DNA from: Candidatus Latescibacterota bacterium
GTDB taxonomy: Bacteria > Latescibacterota > UBA2968 > UBA8231
Length of the DNA: 64,000 nt
Assembly (NCBI GenBank): GCA_965261395.1
Contig: OZ253462.1
Location: 6,272,001-6,336,000, forward strand
Direction of reading: 5' to 3'
The translations under genes and the position numbers were made by a program. Positions 48,883 through 59,506 of this stretch are shown piece after piece; the first letter of the stretch is position 1, and every line of letters starts with the position of its first letter. Below the pieces are notes generated by a model. It ran no database searches. It had not been told where the DNA came from and worked only from the letters and a program-made list of their open reading frames with translations.

Positions 48883-50114
48883 GTGCATTAAAAAAATCTT
48901 GGCCGACCACCCACAAAGCAGAGGTCTACTGGCGAGATATTGCCGCTGGTTTTATGCATGCGCCCGACGAGTCCTATCTCAATACCGGCTCTTGGGGAGT
49001 GTTGCATCGTTCGGTTTTCGATGCCTTAGTCAAGGGGTTGGAAGAGTTGGAGGGCAATCCGACGCGCAACCGCGGCCGGCAGGTTGACCGCCTGAACCAA
49101 GCGCGGCGCGATCTGGGTGCCTTTATCAATGCCGCACCCGCCGACTTAGCTCTCACGACCAATGTCACCATTGCCATCAACCAAGTCGTCCACGGCCTCG
49201 ATTGGCAGCCCGGCGACGAGATTCTGGCTTCCGACCAAGAATACGGTGCCATCGACAACTGTCTGTACCACGCCGAGCGTCGCTATGGCGTGGTGGTGCG
49301 GCGAGCACCGATCTCTATCCCGCCCGCGGAACCCGAGCAAATCGTGGACTCTTTCCGCCGGGCGCTGACCGCGCGGACGCGGCTGTTATTGGTCAGTCAC
49401 GTGACGTCGCCTTCTGGGCTTATCACCCCGATCAAAGAGCTGGCCGAGCTGGCACACGCCCACGGCGCGATGATCGTTGTTGACGGGGCACATGCCCCAG
49501 GACAGATCCCGCTGGATTTGACCTCCTACGGCTGTGATTTTTACGGCGGCAATTGTCACAAGTGGCTCTGCGCGCCCAAGGGCACGGGGTTTTTGCACGC
49601 CCAGCCGCAAGTACAGGATAAGCTGCACCACATCGCCGTCAGTCATGGCTACGACAAAGACGGGCCCAAGCGCAATGATGCGGGGGCGCTCTGTATCAAT
49701 GGGCAGCCTTTTATGTGGCAGCTAACGGCCATCGGCACGCGCGATTTGTCCTGTTTCGGCGCAGTAGCCGAGGCGGTGGCCCTGCAAAACGAGATCGGCA
49801 AGGAGCAAATCGCTGCCCGCGGACGGCAGTTAGCCGGCTATTTGCGCCAGCGCATGGCCGAAACCGGCTGGGTCGAACCGCTTTCCTCGCCGCACCCAGA
49901 CCTCGCCAATTCGATTTCCACGTTTCGGCTCAAAGGCTTTGGTGCCACCAATCCCGGACAGCTCCTCTATGATAAATACCGGATCACGACCCCGGTTTGG
50001 GGCGAGGCCGAGCCGGGCTATACCCAGCGGGTTTCCACCCATATCTACAACAACTTTGGCGAAATTGACCGCATGATCGCGGCGCTGGACGAGATCAGAA
50101 CGGGAAGGGATTAG
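48879..50114 (+). CDS. class V PLP enzyme (isopenicillin-N epimerase-like)
   Basis: YLNTGSWG, VDGAHAPG, NCHKWLCAPKG. Confidence 0.9.
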   Translation: MSALKKSWPTTHKAEVYWRDIAAGFMHAPDESYLNTGSWGVLHRSVFDALVKGLEELEGNPTRNRGRQVDRLNQARRDLGAFINAAPADLALTTNVTIAINQVVHGLDWQPGDEILASDQEYGAIDNCLYHAERRYGVVVRRAPISIPPAEPEQIVDSFRRALTARTRLLLVSHVTSPSGLITPIKELAELAHAHGAMIVVDGAHAPGQIPLDLTSYGCDFYGGNCHKWLCAPKGTGFLHAQPQVQDKLHHIAVSHGYDKDGPKRNDAGALCINGQPFMWQLTAIGTRDLSCFGAVAEAVALQNEIGKEQIAARGRQLAGYLRQRMAETGWVEPLSSPHPDLANSISTFRLKGFGATNPGQLLYDKYRITTPVWGEAEPGYTQRVSTHIYNNFGEIDRMIAALDEIRTGRD

Positions 50115-52321
50115 AGGTTCGACAAATAGGACAACTTGAGCAGCAGCACCCGGTTGTCGAGTCGCGCATCACTCTGCGTCTGGTTGTACGCTAGGAAGAA
50201 ATGGCTTTTGGGGCTATACTCCCAGCCGAACAGGGCGCTGATTAGGTGATGGCTCTCGGTTTGTTGCGGCGGGGTGAAGGACTGTTGCCGTTCGGTCTGG
50301 GCGAAGATGCGCAAGAAGGTGTCGCGGGTAAACAGATAGGTCGTGCGCAGCGAGCCGACGGTGAAGCGGCCGTCTGCCTCGCCGCTCGGATCGCGGGTCT
50401 GCGCCAAGGAGCCGCCGATGTCGATGGCTAGGTTGGTGCGGGGGCGCAGGATGCCAAAGAGCGCGAGCTGGCGCTGTTGGCCCACGGCCTGTTGCGAAAA
50501 GTTAAAGAAGTCGCCGATGCCGCCAAAGACCTCAAACGACGCTGGGCGCGAGGAGTTGGTGGCGATGAAAAACCCGAATTCGTTGGCGTCGAAGATGTCG
50601 GTCAGTTCGATATGGTGGCTGCGCCCGTAGTGGACATCAAAATAGCTGACGAGCGTTTCGGTTAGTTCCATCCCCGCTTTCAGTTCGCTCTGCCAGCCGA
50701 CTAAGTCCTCCTCGAATTCGGACGCCAGGGCGCGTCCGGGGTTGTCGCGGTGCCAGTTGGCGAAGTAGGCGTCGTCGTAAAGCCCCTTGGACAGGCCAAG
50801 GTCTCCTTCGACGAATACCCGGTGCCCTCTCCAGCGCGGGCCATAAATCCCCTCCAGCGCCAGTTGCTGCCAGCCGCGGAAAGGCTCTTTGCGCAGGAAA
50901 CCGGTCTCGTTGGTGTCGAATCGAGGGGCGATTTGCTCTAGGACTAGCGAGGCTTCCCAGAGGAAATTGCGCTGACTGAGTTCAAAGGTGAGGGCCGAAT
51001 GGTCCCGGTCCGGCCCGTCGCGGAAGCTCATCGCGTACTGGCCCTGGGCCTTATAGGTCTTGGCGAAGGTGATATTGGCATCGACGCCGCCGACCCGGCT
51101 GTGGGTGCCGTCGAGGTCTTTGCCGGCGTACATGACGCCGATATTCGACCGGCGCAAGATGTCTTTTTTGACGCGCAGTGCTGAGAAAAGCACCTCCTCG
51201 CTCAAGGCGGGACCGTCGCCTAGTTCCAGCAGGCCGATGCCGCCGGTTTGGCTGCCTAAGAAACCGAGCGAGTAGTCGCCGACCTTACCGGTCATTTTGC
51301 TCCCCCAGACGATATCGCCCCGGCTGCCGATGCGCCGGTTGAAGAACAGGTCAAAAGGCGTTGCAAAAAAACTGTTGCCCTCGACGAAAAAGGGGCGCTT
51401 CTCGGGAAAGCGGGTTGGAAAGCGAGTCAAGTTGATCTCGACTTGGTCGGCTTCGACCTGAGCGAAATCGGGATTGACCGTCAGGTTGGCCCTCAGCGCT
51501 GCGGTCAGGTTGTATTGCAGGTCGAGGCCGATGGCACCTTGGCTGCCGGTGTCCTGTCCCGAGGTCTGGGACGCGCCCCCCGCAGCATAGGGCGTGACCT
51601 CGAAGAGTTTGCCCGGTTCGATATCCGCGAAGCCGACGGCATGGCCCAGATCCGACATCCGCGTAAAAACGCCCGCCTGGGTCATTTGTTTCCACACCGT
51701 CCATTCGTTCTTGCGTTTGTTCAAGCGCTCAATATCGAAGCCCCAGACTTGGTCTTGGCCCTTGGGAAAGCGGAAGTTGGCAAAGGGGATTTTGAATTCG
51801 GCGGTCCAACCGGCGGAGTCGATTTGCGCCTCAACCCACCATATGCCGCGCCAATTGCGATCCGAGTTGCTGTCGTCGTAGCGGTAGCCATCAGACTGGA
51901 TGCCGTCCGGAGTGGTCGCAAAAGTGTACCCGGTGCGATGGTCGTGGTGCGGGTCGATGAAGAAGGAGATGAAGTCCGACGGGAAGACCTGGCCACGGCG
52001 GTCGAGGCGGTTGACGATTTTTGTCGGTTCGGCGTCGTAGCAACGGAACCCCACATAGAGGTTGTGGCGATCGTAAACGATATGGAATTGGGTGTCGTCG
52101 GTTGCGGGTGCGCCGCGCTGGGGCGCTAGTTGGCGCATGCCTTTTGCCGCTTGCGCCCTTTGCCAAACCGCCTCGTCGAGGCGACCGTCAATGATCGGTG
52201 GTGCTGCGTCGCCGAGCTGGTAGGCTTGGATGACGTGTATGCCGAGGTCGCCCGGATGGGCCAATAGGGCGATGGGAGAAAAGGTAGTCAATAATAAGGC
52301 GATGATTGCGAGCACTGGCAT
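50111..52321 (-). CDS. CBM9-like + DUF5916 outer-membrane protein
   Basis: IDGRLDEAVW, WTAEFKIPF, TVNPDFAQVEAD, FPEKRPFF; start MPVLAII with AAAGGA RBS. Confidence 0.85.
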   Translation of the reverse strand: MPVLAIIALLLTTFSPIALLAHPGDLGIHVIQAYQLGDAAPPIIDGRLDEAVWQRAQAAKGMRQLAPQRGAPATDDTQFHIVYDRHNLYVGFRCYDAEPTKIVNRLDRRGQVFPSDFISFFIDPHHDHRTGYTFATTPDGIQSDGYRYDDSNSDRNWRGIWWVEAQIDSAGWTAEFKIPFANFRFPKGQDQVWGFDIERLNKRKNEWTVWKQMTQAGVFTRMSDLGHAVGFADIEPGKLFEVTPYAAGGASQTSGQDTGSQGAIGLDLQYNLTAALRANLTVNPDFAQVEADQVEINLTRFPTRFPEKRPFFVEGNSFFATPFDLFFNRRIGSRGDIVWGSKMTGKVGDYSLGFLGSQTGGIGLLELGDGPALSEEVLFSALRVKKDILRRSNIGVMYAGKDLDGTHSRVGGVDANITFAKTYKAQGQYAMSFRDGPDRDHSALTFELSQRNFLWEASLVLEQIAPRFDTNETGFLRKEPFRGWQQLALEGIYGPRWRGHRVFVEGDLGLSKGLYDDAYFANWHRDNPGRALASEFEEDLVGWQSELKAGMELTETLVSYFDVHYGRSHHIELTDIFDANEFGFFIATNSSRPASFEVFGGIGDFFNFSQQAVGQQRQLALFGILRPRTNLAIDIGGSLAQTRDPSGEADGRFTVGSLRTTYLFTRDTFLRIFAQTERQQSFTPPQQTESHHLISALFGWEYSPKSHFFLAYNQTQSDARLDNRVLLLKLSYLSNL

Positions 52322-52337
52322 TCCTTTGAGGTTGCTC

Positions 52338-52378
52338 GGCGTTGGTGAGCGCGATCGACAAGCGCAAGGGGTATTGAA
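52338..52378 (+). repeat. orphan duplicate of the D-2-hydroxyacid dehydrogenase 3' end (ALVSAIDKRKGY*)
   Basis: Matches 46103-46143; last 26 bp identical (GATCGACAAGCGCAAGGGGTATTGAA). Confidence 0.88.
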
Positions 52379-52460
52379 TGCGTCAACATCAGTTATCCGC
52401 AGATAGCGCAGAGGGGTCGCACACCAGAACACGCCGGCGAAACCTGTCGTTTTCAAGTGG

Positions 52461-53171
52461 TTAGGACAACGCCGTTTCCAAGCGATGTTTTCGTTTTATC
52501 CAGTCGGGGATAAACTGCTCAAGTAAGCTATAAAACTTCGGTCCGTGATTGAGATGGAACAAGTGACATAGCTCGTGGATAACGACATATTCAATACATT
52601 CTCTGGGTGCTTTTATAAGTTCCAGATTCAATGTTATGCCGCCTTTACTGCTGAAACTGCCCCAGAGCGTTTTCATCTTGCGGATTTTTAGTAAAGGCTT
52701 GCCCACTCCCTTTTTTGCAAAAAGATGCCAGCATTCTTCAAATACTTGAGCAAAGTAAACATCCGCCTTGCTCCGGTACCATGCTTCGAGCAGCATCGCT
52801 ATATGCTCTGGCTTGTCGTCAACCGTCTGTACGTGGAAGAAGCCGCGCTTTAGCAAAACTTCGTCTGTTGCAGACGGGCTTATCTTCAGCCGATACTGTT
52901 TGCCGAGGTAAAGATGGCTTTCGCCACCGACAAACCTCCGCTTGGGGGTGCGCGGTGCAAACTGTGCGAAATAGCGAAGCTGGCGTCTTATCCAGCGCAC
53001 TCGCTTGTAAATGAAATCTTCGACAAGGGTTTCATTTGTTCCTAGCGGGGCTTTTACAACTACCGAGCAGTCGGGGTGAACGGCGATCTCAACAGTCTTT
53101 CTTTTGCAGTAACTCAGGTGGAAGGGAATGGACTCGCCGGCATACGTGAGGGTGCGGTTCGTTTCCGGCAT
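52461..53171 (-). CDS. YgjP/DUF45 SprT-like metalloprotease
   Basis: GESHLYLG, KMKTLWGS, EYVVIHELCHLFHLNHGPKFY. Confidence 0.92.
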   Translation of the reverse strand: MPETNRTLTYAGESIPFHLSYCKRKTVEIAVHPDCSVVVKAPLGTNETLVEDFIYKRVRWIRRQLRYFAQFAPRTPKRRFVGGESHLYLGKQYRLKISPSATDEVLLKRGFFHVQTVDDKPEHIAMLLEAWYRSKADVYFAQVFEECWHLFAKKGVGKPLLKIRKMKTLWGSFSSKGGITLNLELIKAPRECIEYVVIHELCHLFHLNHGPKFYSLLEQFIPDWIKRKHRLETALS

Positions 53172-53227
53172 TGTAGCTATCCTAGATTATCCGCAGATGG
53201 GCGCAGATGGGCGCAGAATAGTCGTCC

Positions 53228-54366
53228 TATAGCAATCCTGAATGAGTTGAGAGCATTATTTAATTTTTCTATGTTATCCTGCGTTTGGTATGGCCCCCCT
53301 TTTTTAGGAGCATATCTATGCCTTCGGATACTTCTCTTACGGCGTTTATCGCCAGCAATCCCGATGCACGGGAATTGAAACGGGCGTTAGCGGTTCACAG
53401 GACGCAGTTGGGCTTCAAACAACGGGTGATTCAATCCATTCTCGGCGTACCGTCGAGCTTCATTAGCACGTGGAAGAAACGCTATCAGGCCGAGGGCGTG
53501 GACGGTTTGCGCTTGGCTTATACCGGGTCGCAGCCTTTTTTGTCGGCCGATCAATGTGCACAAATCCACGCGTGGTTAGCCACCCAACCGCCGCCTTCGG
53601 TCGCCGGGTTAGCCGCCTATATCCAAACCCAGTTTGGCGTGGTCTTTCGCTCGTCGCAAAGCTATTACGACCTACTTTCGCAGGCTCGCTATAGCTGGAA
53701 AAAGACGCAAGCCCGTAGGCCGAAAGCTGATCTGCAACAGGCGATGGACCAGCGAGAAGTCATTAAAAAAAACTAGCCGATCATAAAGCCGATCTTGAAG
53801 CCGGCCACGTCAGTGCCTTTTTCGTTGATGAGTCGCACCTGCACGGGGACGAAGCCTGTGGCTATGCTTGGGGACGCCAAGACCAACGGCTTGAGGTTTC
53901 CATTGAAAATGGCCGCCAACGACAAACCTATTATGGAGCCTTGGATGTGGTCAAGGGCACCTTCCTCATGCAAAGCTACCCGAAGGCCAACTCACAGCAT
54001 ACCGTGGACTTTGTACGCTACCTACAACAGCGTCGTCCCGGGCAAAAGTTGTTGATCTTTGGGGACGGCGTTTCCTATTATCACCAACGGGCCATGCGTG
54101 ATTTTCTGCAAGCGCTCCAAGCCGATCGAGCACCCCACGAGTGGAAGATCGACGGTACGCGATTGGCCCCGTATGCACCGCAAGAAAATCCGGTCGAAGA
54201 CCTCTGGTTAAAAGGCAAAACCTTTGTGCGCACCCATGCGTTATGGACCACCTGTTTTAAACAGATTAAAGACCTATTCGTCAAGGGAATTCGACAGAGC
54301 AGATACTTCCATTTCCCCAAGTTGAAACAATATGCAATATCTCTTAAATGATTTAGGATTGCTATA
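53228..54366 (+). mobile_element. IS630-family element; transposase 53318-54351 with -1 frameshift at A8 (53765-53772)
   Basis: Terminal IRs TATAGCAATCCT(G/A)AAT.., TA ends; FVDES, IFGDG, PYAPQENPVE motifs. Confidence 0.92.
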
Positions 54367-54547
54367 CCACCAAGCAACTTTCTCCCCGGCCCGTGTCTTC
54401 ATACTGCTCAAGAAGTAGGCCCGACAGTAAGGCTTCTTCTATCTCAGCAAGGGTCAGGTTGTCATTTTGTCTTTCTTGGTCGCCATGTCTCGAAAAGTAG
54501 TACTGCCCCTCTCTGATTCTGCTCTGTATCCAGACTATATCCAACAT
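54362..54547 (-). pseudogene. DUF4258 toxin-like gene truncated at the IS630 end
   Basis: YFSRHGDQERQ...EIEEAL..G.LLEQYEDTGRGESCLV; no continuation on the other side of the IS. Confidence 0.75.
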
Positions 54548-54617
54548 CTCATAAAACCATTACGCTCAGGCGTGATGTTGGTCATAGCAACCATCTGTTG
54601 ATTGACATGGTGACCTC

Positions 54618-54731
54618 CATCACTTCCAGGCGTCGAACGGGTTCGCCGTGTTCGCCAGCGGCATCCTAACCCTCGCTCCGGCCATATGCGAGGCGTGGGC
54701 CATCATCGCCATTTCTAGATAGAGTCGCACA
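54618..54731 (-). repeat. orphan duplicate of the Gfo/Idh/MocA 3' end
   Basis: RLYLEMAMMAHASHMAGARVRMPLANTANPFDAWK*, ~90% identical to 61746-61859. Confidence 0.92.
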
Positions 54732-56374
54732 CACCTATTCTTATCCATTGATTTTGTTATGTAATGCCTCGAGCGTCTCCGTATCTCTCTGAAATGCTTC
54801 GAGTGTTTCGTCGTTCAGCTTGATGCGGAATTCATACCGCCTCGTAGGAACATTGAGGGGCCGTCGCTCCGAAACATCCCAAGAATCGATGCTCACCGGA
54901 TCATAACCGCTGTTACCCGCCCATTGAACCTCGCGGGATGCTTTCCTTAGCTCATCTAAAGGACGCCAGATCCAGCGAATCTCATAGTCTTGTTCTCCAT
55001 TAGGAAAGAGGATGGCCATGACGTAGTCATCGCTTTTTCCTTCAAAGTCTCGGGCTTTTTCACATTGGAGACCGGACCAGTGAAACATGCCAGGACGGCT
55101 TGCTGTGTGCTTGACCTCAATATGGAATCTACGCCTACCGGACGATATAACGAAGTCGCTCTCTCTGTTTTCGTCGTCCCGAACATGCCGTTCCACTTGA
55201 CTGAATACTCTTTTGAGTTTCTCATAAAGCCAATCTTCCGCAGCCAGCCCCGTTTCGGGGCGCGGTCTTGATGCTCCGTTGCTGGATGTGGGAGTTCTTG
55301 GCGGTCTCATTCCGCCCCCAGCGCCAGTCTCTGGCTGCGGTGGTTGTTGAGTTTCTCGTTGCGGATTTTGAGAATCCGGGGCGACGCCCTGTGACGGCCC
55401 TATACCTAGCTTAGGGCCTTGCGGCAGTGGCAGGTCGTTGTCTGTACCTTGTCCGAGGGGCGCGCCGAGTAGCCAAGCATTTTCTGCCTCTCTGATGTCG
55501 TCTTCAGTCACGCCCTCTTGCCGCAGTCGATCCAGATACCCCTCCTTATCCGACTCACGTAATAGATTTTCAAACAGAGAGGCTTTGTCTTCTGCGTCTG
55601 CGACTCTCGCGGCCAAGCCATGTCCAAGAGCTCTCCACTTATCTTTGTTGAGATTGATCAGAAGCGCACCGTCTTCTCTTCGCCAAGAAAGCACTTGGAC
55701 AGCAGGCACAGGCTTACCGTTGGCCGTCAGTTTAAGCCGCAGTCTGTTCACAGCAATGATGTTCAACTTCTTGGGTAGCGATTTCGTCAGACTTGCGGCG
55801 ACACTCAGACCCCGGCACCTTTCGCTATAGCTTTGAAGAAGCTTTTGACTCTCCGGTTCGGCCGGCTCATCATATTGCGGTTCGGCTGATAGCGTATCGG
55901 AGAGGCGACCCACACCCAGCCGTTCCGGCGCACTGTTGCCCGCGTCAAGACGGACGATGAACAGCTTGTATCCCTTGCGAAGAATATCCTGCCTAACCTC
56001 ATCGAAATGCGACTCGCCGACATAATAGACCTCGCTTGGCGGAGAAAACATCAATGTCTCGCGATCATCTTCCCAAGCCAAGCACGGAATGTCGATATCT
56101 TCCGGAAACTCGTTCCTCCGTTCAAGTTCCAAGTATCCGCGATAGAGAGTACCGGCTTCTTCTCCATCGTTCTCCCATTCAAGTTTCAGGTATCCACGAT
56201 AGAGAGCATCGGCGGCTCTATATAATCCACCGGTTTCTTCTCCACGCTCGGGAACCTTTCGTTCACTCTCTTCCAACTGCTCGGCCAGTTTTGAGAGCTT
56301 CCGCATCCATTCATGCCAGTCTGTCGGATCTTCGGGTAGCTGCTCCCGAACACCTAGACTACGCAGCTTGTACT

Positions 56375-57464
56375 TATTGAGTCCTGCAAATATAAAGGAA
56401 TATTTTACGGTTTAAGTTGTGCATACTTGAAGAAGCCTCGAATCAGGTCGTTATCGTGATGCTGGGCGGTGATCGACATGCAGACGGCATCGGCTAAATC
56501 TTCAATGTGATCTGGAATGAAGTTGGCCAGATCGCCATACTTGGTATGATTCCAGACCTGTTCCGCCGGATTCAATTCGGGTGCATAAGCGGGTAACCAT
56601 TCGATAGTGAGTCGATCCGGATATCTTTTTTGCAAGACCGACACGGCGGCACGATGGACACTCCACCGATCCAAAATGAGCACGACCTTGCGCCGTATCA
56701 TGCCCATCATATGACCAACAAAGGACACCACATCTTGCGTATCAATGTTATGCTCATACCGCCGGAAATACACCCCCAATCGCTGCCGTCGAGGCGGCAG
56801 GGTAACGGCGGCTTGAACCGACAAGCGATCGTGACGATCCCACACCTTATGTATAGGCGTGTGCCCCGACAAAGCCCATGTCCTACGACGGGTGGGTTGC
56901 AGCATGAAGCCGCTCTGATCCATCAAGACGATGGTCGCCCTTTGGTGCCGGGCTTTTTTTTAATCCGTGGCCATTCCACCAAACGCCATTGGCGCACCGC
57001 CGCCTCATCCTGTTCCCGCGCCCGGTGTTGGGGATACTGGCACGAAAAACCCAACCCATGTAGCAGCCGCCCCACATGATCGGGATGATAGGACACCCCA
57101 AACCGTTGGGCAATCACCTGCGCTACCCGCTTACAGGTCCACAGCGCGGTATCAAAGCCAGCCGCTTGGGGCCCCGCCAGCAGAAGCTGCTTCAACTGAT
57201 CTTTGTCTTGGGCACTCAACTGACCGCCTCGCCCCGGATGCGGTTTGGCCTTCAGCCCCGCCTCGCCGCCTTGCGCTCTCATCGTCTTCCAACGAGACAC
57301 CGAGGAGGGGGAGGCTTGGACCAGACGAGCCACCTCGTTGACGCCTTTGCCTGCATCAAGCAAATGAGCCGCCCATGGACGACGATATTCTAGCCGATCG
57401 GCACTACCTTTAGGTCGCATTGAAATGAATATAAAATATTCCTTTAAAAATGCAGAGGTCAATA
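56375..57464 (-). mobile_element. IS630-family element (orfA 57420-56923, orfB to 56405, frameshift at A-run ~56955)
   Basis: ~33-bp IRs TATTGA..CTGCA....TAAAGGAATATTTTA, duplicated TA; DQSGF, LILDR, PAYAPELNPAE. Confidence 0.92.
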
Positions 57465-57928
57465 ATACGCTGAAACCACTCCTCGTTTCCGACGCCGCTT
57501 TTATCAACTTCGGGAAGCAGACCGCGAAGGCCTTCACCCGGCAGGAATGCGTTGCACGGGGCTACCCGTCTGCCGGCATGGAACAGGGCAGGCTCGCAAG
57601 GAAGCCACTCCTCATGGCGGAGCTGACAATCGGCGAAGTTGGCTTTATTGTAATTTTTCTCCTTTTTCCTCCTGTAATAATACGTGCGATAGAAAGTCGC
57701 CCTGTACTTTTTCACAGCATCCGCAAGGGGAAGCATCGTTCTGATGACGCTGGCCGGATCGTTGCCGTCATTGGTATTGTGGATGCATTCGGGAAAAAAC
57801 TCAATTTGCCAATCATATAGCCATTCATAGAATGACTCTTTTTCATAGATCTCCACCAAACAGTGATCCGGCAGACCTACGACGCGCCGGGCTTTCGGCT
57901 CCCAAGATACGCCGGCCCACCGAAGCAA

Positions 57929-59506
57929 GGGTGCATTAGGTGATTGTTACGGTTTTGGTGGTTGTTTTTAGGTTGTCTCGGTACTGCTGAAAGACCCGGT
58001 CAAGCGTTCCATTGTACAAGGCGCAACGCAGGGCAAGAATGGCGTTGCTGTTTTCCTTATACCACCAAGCGCCCGAGCGTTTCAGACGAACATGGCCGAT
58101 GAAGCGATGCGCCGATTCGATCGCACCCGACCCGATCGGGTATCCGCCCTTGCGATGGCTGCCGAAATCGACTTGATGCAATCGCTTTTGCAGGTACGTC
58201 AAGGCCGTGCCGATCGCTTCTTCGGCCTCTTCCGAGACCGCCTGCATGCGCTGCAGACCCCAAACCACGCCGGTGCCCTCACCGCAGAACAGGCGCGCCA
58301 GAGTCGCTTCCAGCCAATGGCTGGCGCGCGCCGCATCGGTGCCGTATTGAGCCTCGGCCACCGCGTGCAGGTAGCGGCTACAATGGTAGTAGTCGAGGAT
58401 CTGACGGGCGCTCGGGAACAGTTCCTCCACCCATTTCCAGATCCACGGGGCTCCGTCCCCGATGGCACACAAGCGCACCTGCTCCTCCGGGATCAGCCCC
58501 GCCTCCTTGACCTGGCGCAAGGCCGAGCCGAAGGCCTGTTCGTCGCCCATCTGGTGCCAGGAGATCAGCTGCTCGATGCGCTCATCGTCTACCAAGTAGA
58601 AGCGAAAGCCCTTGGCTTCGTGGTATTCACCCTGCCAACGCCTTCGCCGAGCCCGGCTCTTCTTGCGCCCCGGACGAGTCCCTTTGGCGGTCTCGGGACG
58701 ACTGGGCACGTCGGCCGCGTCGATGGCCAACACCACGATGGGCCGCCACTTGCGAGCGGCGGCGGCTTGAGCAATGCGATCCTGGATGTCGGCCGCGTCC
58801 GGACACACCTGCAGCACGTCCAACGACCCGGTCTGTTGCAGCACCTCGTGAATCACACAGTCGCTCATCGACGCGTCGGTCAGCTCGTCCAGCAGCTTCG
58901 CGGCGCGCTGGTGGGGCATCTCCAGCGCCAGCTTGACCCCGGCGTTTTGAACGTCCCACTGCTTGCGGTGCCCCGACAGGCCCAGGGCCTCGTCCAGCGG
59001 ATAAAAGCCGTGCTCACAGGAAACGCAGTAGAAATAGGGCCGCTCCAAGGGCACCGGCCCGAGCAGCGTCTCCACCGTGCGCGAGCGCGACGGTCGCGCA
59101 CGCAGGACGCGCTCACACTTCGGGCAGGCCGCCTCTTCTTGCGCCAGGAACTGGCCGTGGCGGCGTTCGATGAAGGCTTCCACCACCGCCGCGGTAAGCC
59201 CGGAGCGCTCTTGCGACACCGCCTCGGTAATCTCCATCAACGTCGGCGGAGTAGATCCGTGCTCGCTCATTTGCGTCTCCACCCGATCCAGCAACTCGTC
59301 CAGGGCTTCATGCGCTCTACTTCGAAAGCGCGCCCACTGCTGCCGCTGCTGAAAGGGCGCCAGAGAGAGAATCGCAGGCATTGCTCCCCTTCTTTCTCAA
59401 TCGAGGGGAGCGTGCCGCGGGGGAGGCGGCAAAAGAATAGAACAAGTTACTGTAAAATATACACATACGTACCGAAATCGTGCCATAACAATCGGCTAAG
59501 GTGCCC
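57929..59506 (-). mobile_element. ISKra4-family element, transposase 57936-59381
   Basis: Imperfect 24-bp IRs (GGG....TTAG..GATTGTTA.GG), 8-bp TSD CGAAGCAA (57921-57928, 59507-59514); GDGAPWIW, LDYYH, IGSGAIES. Confidence 0.92.
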
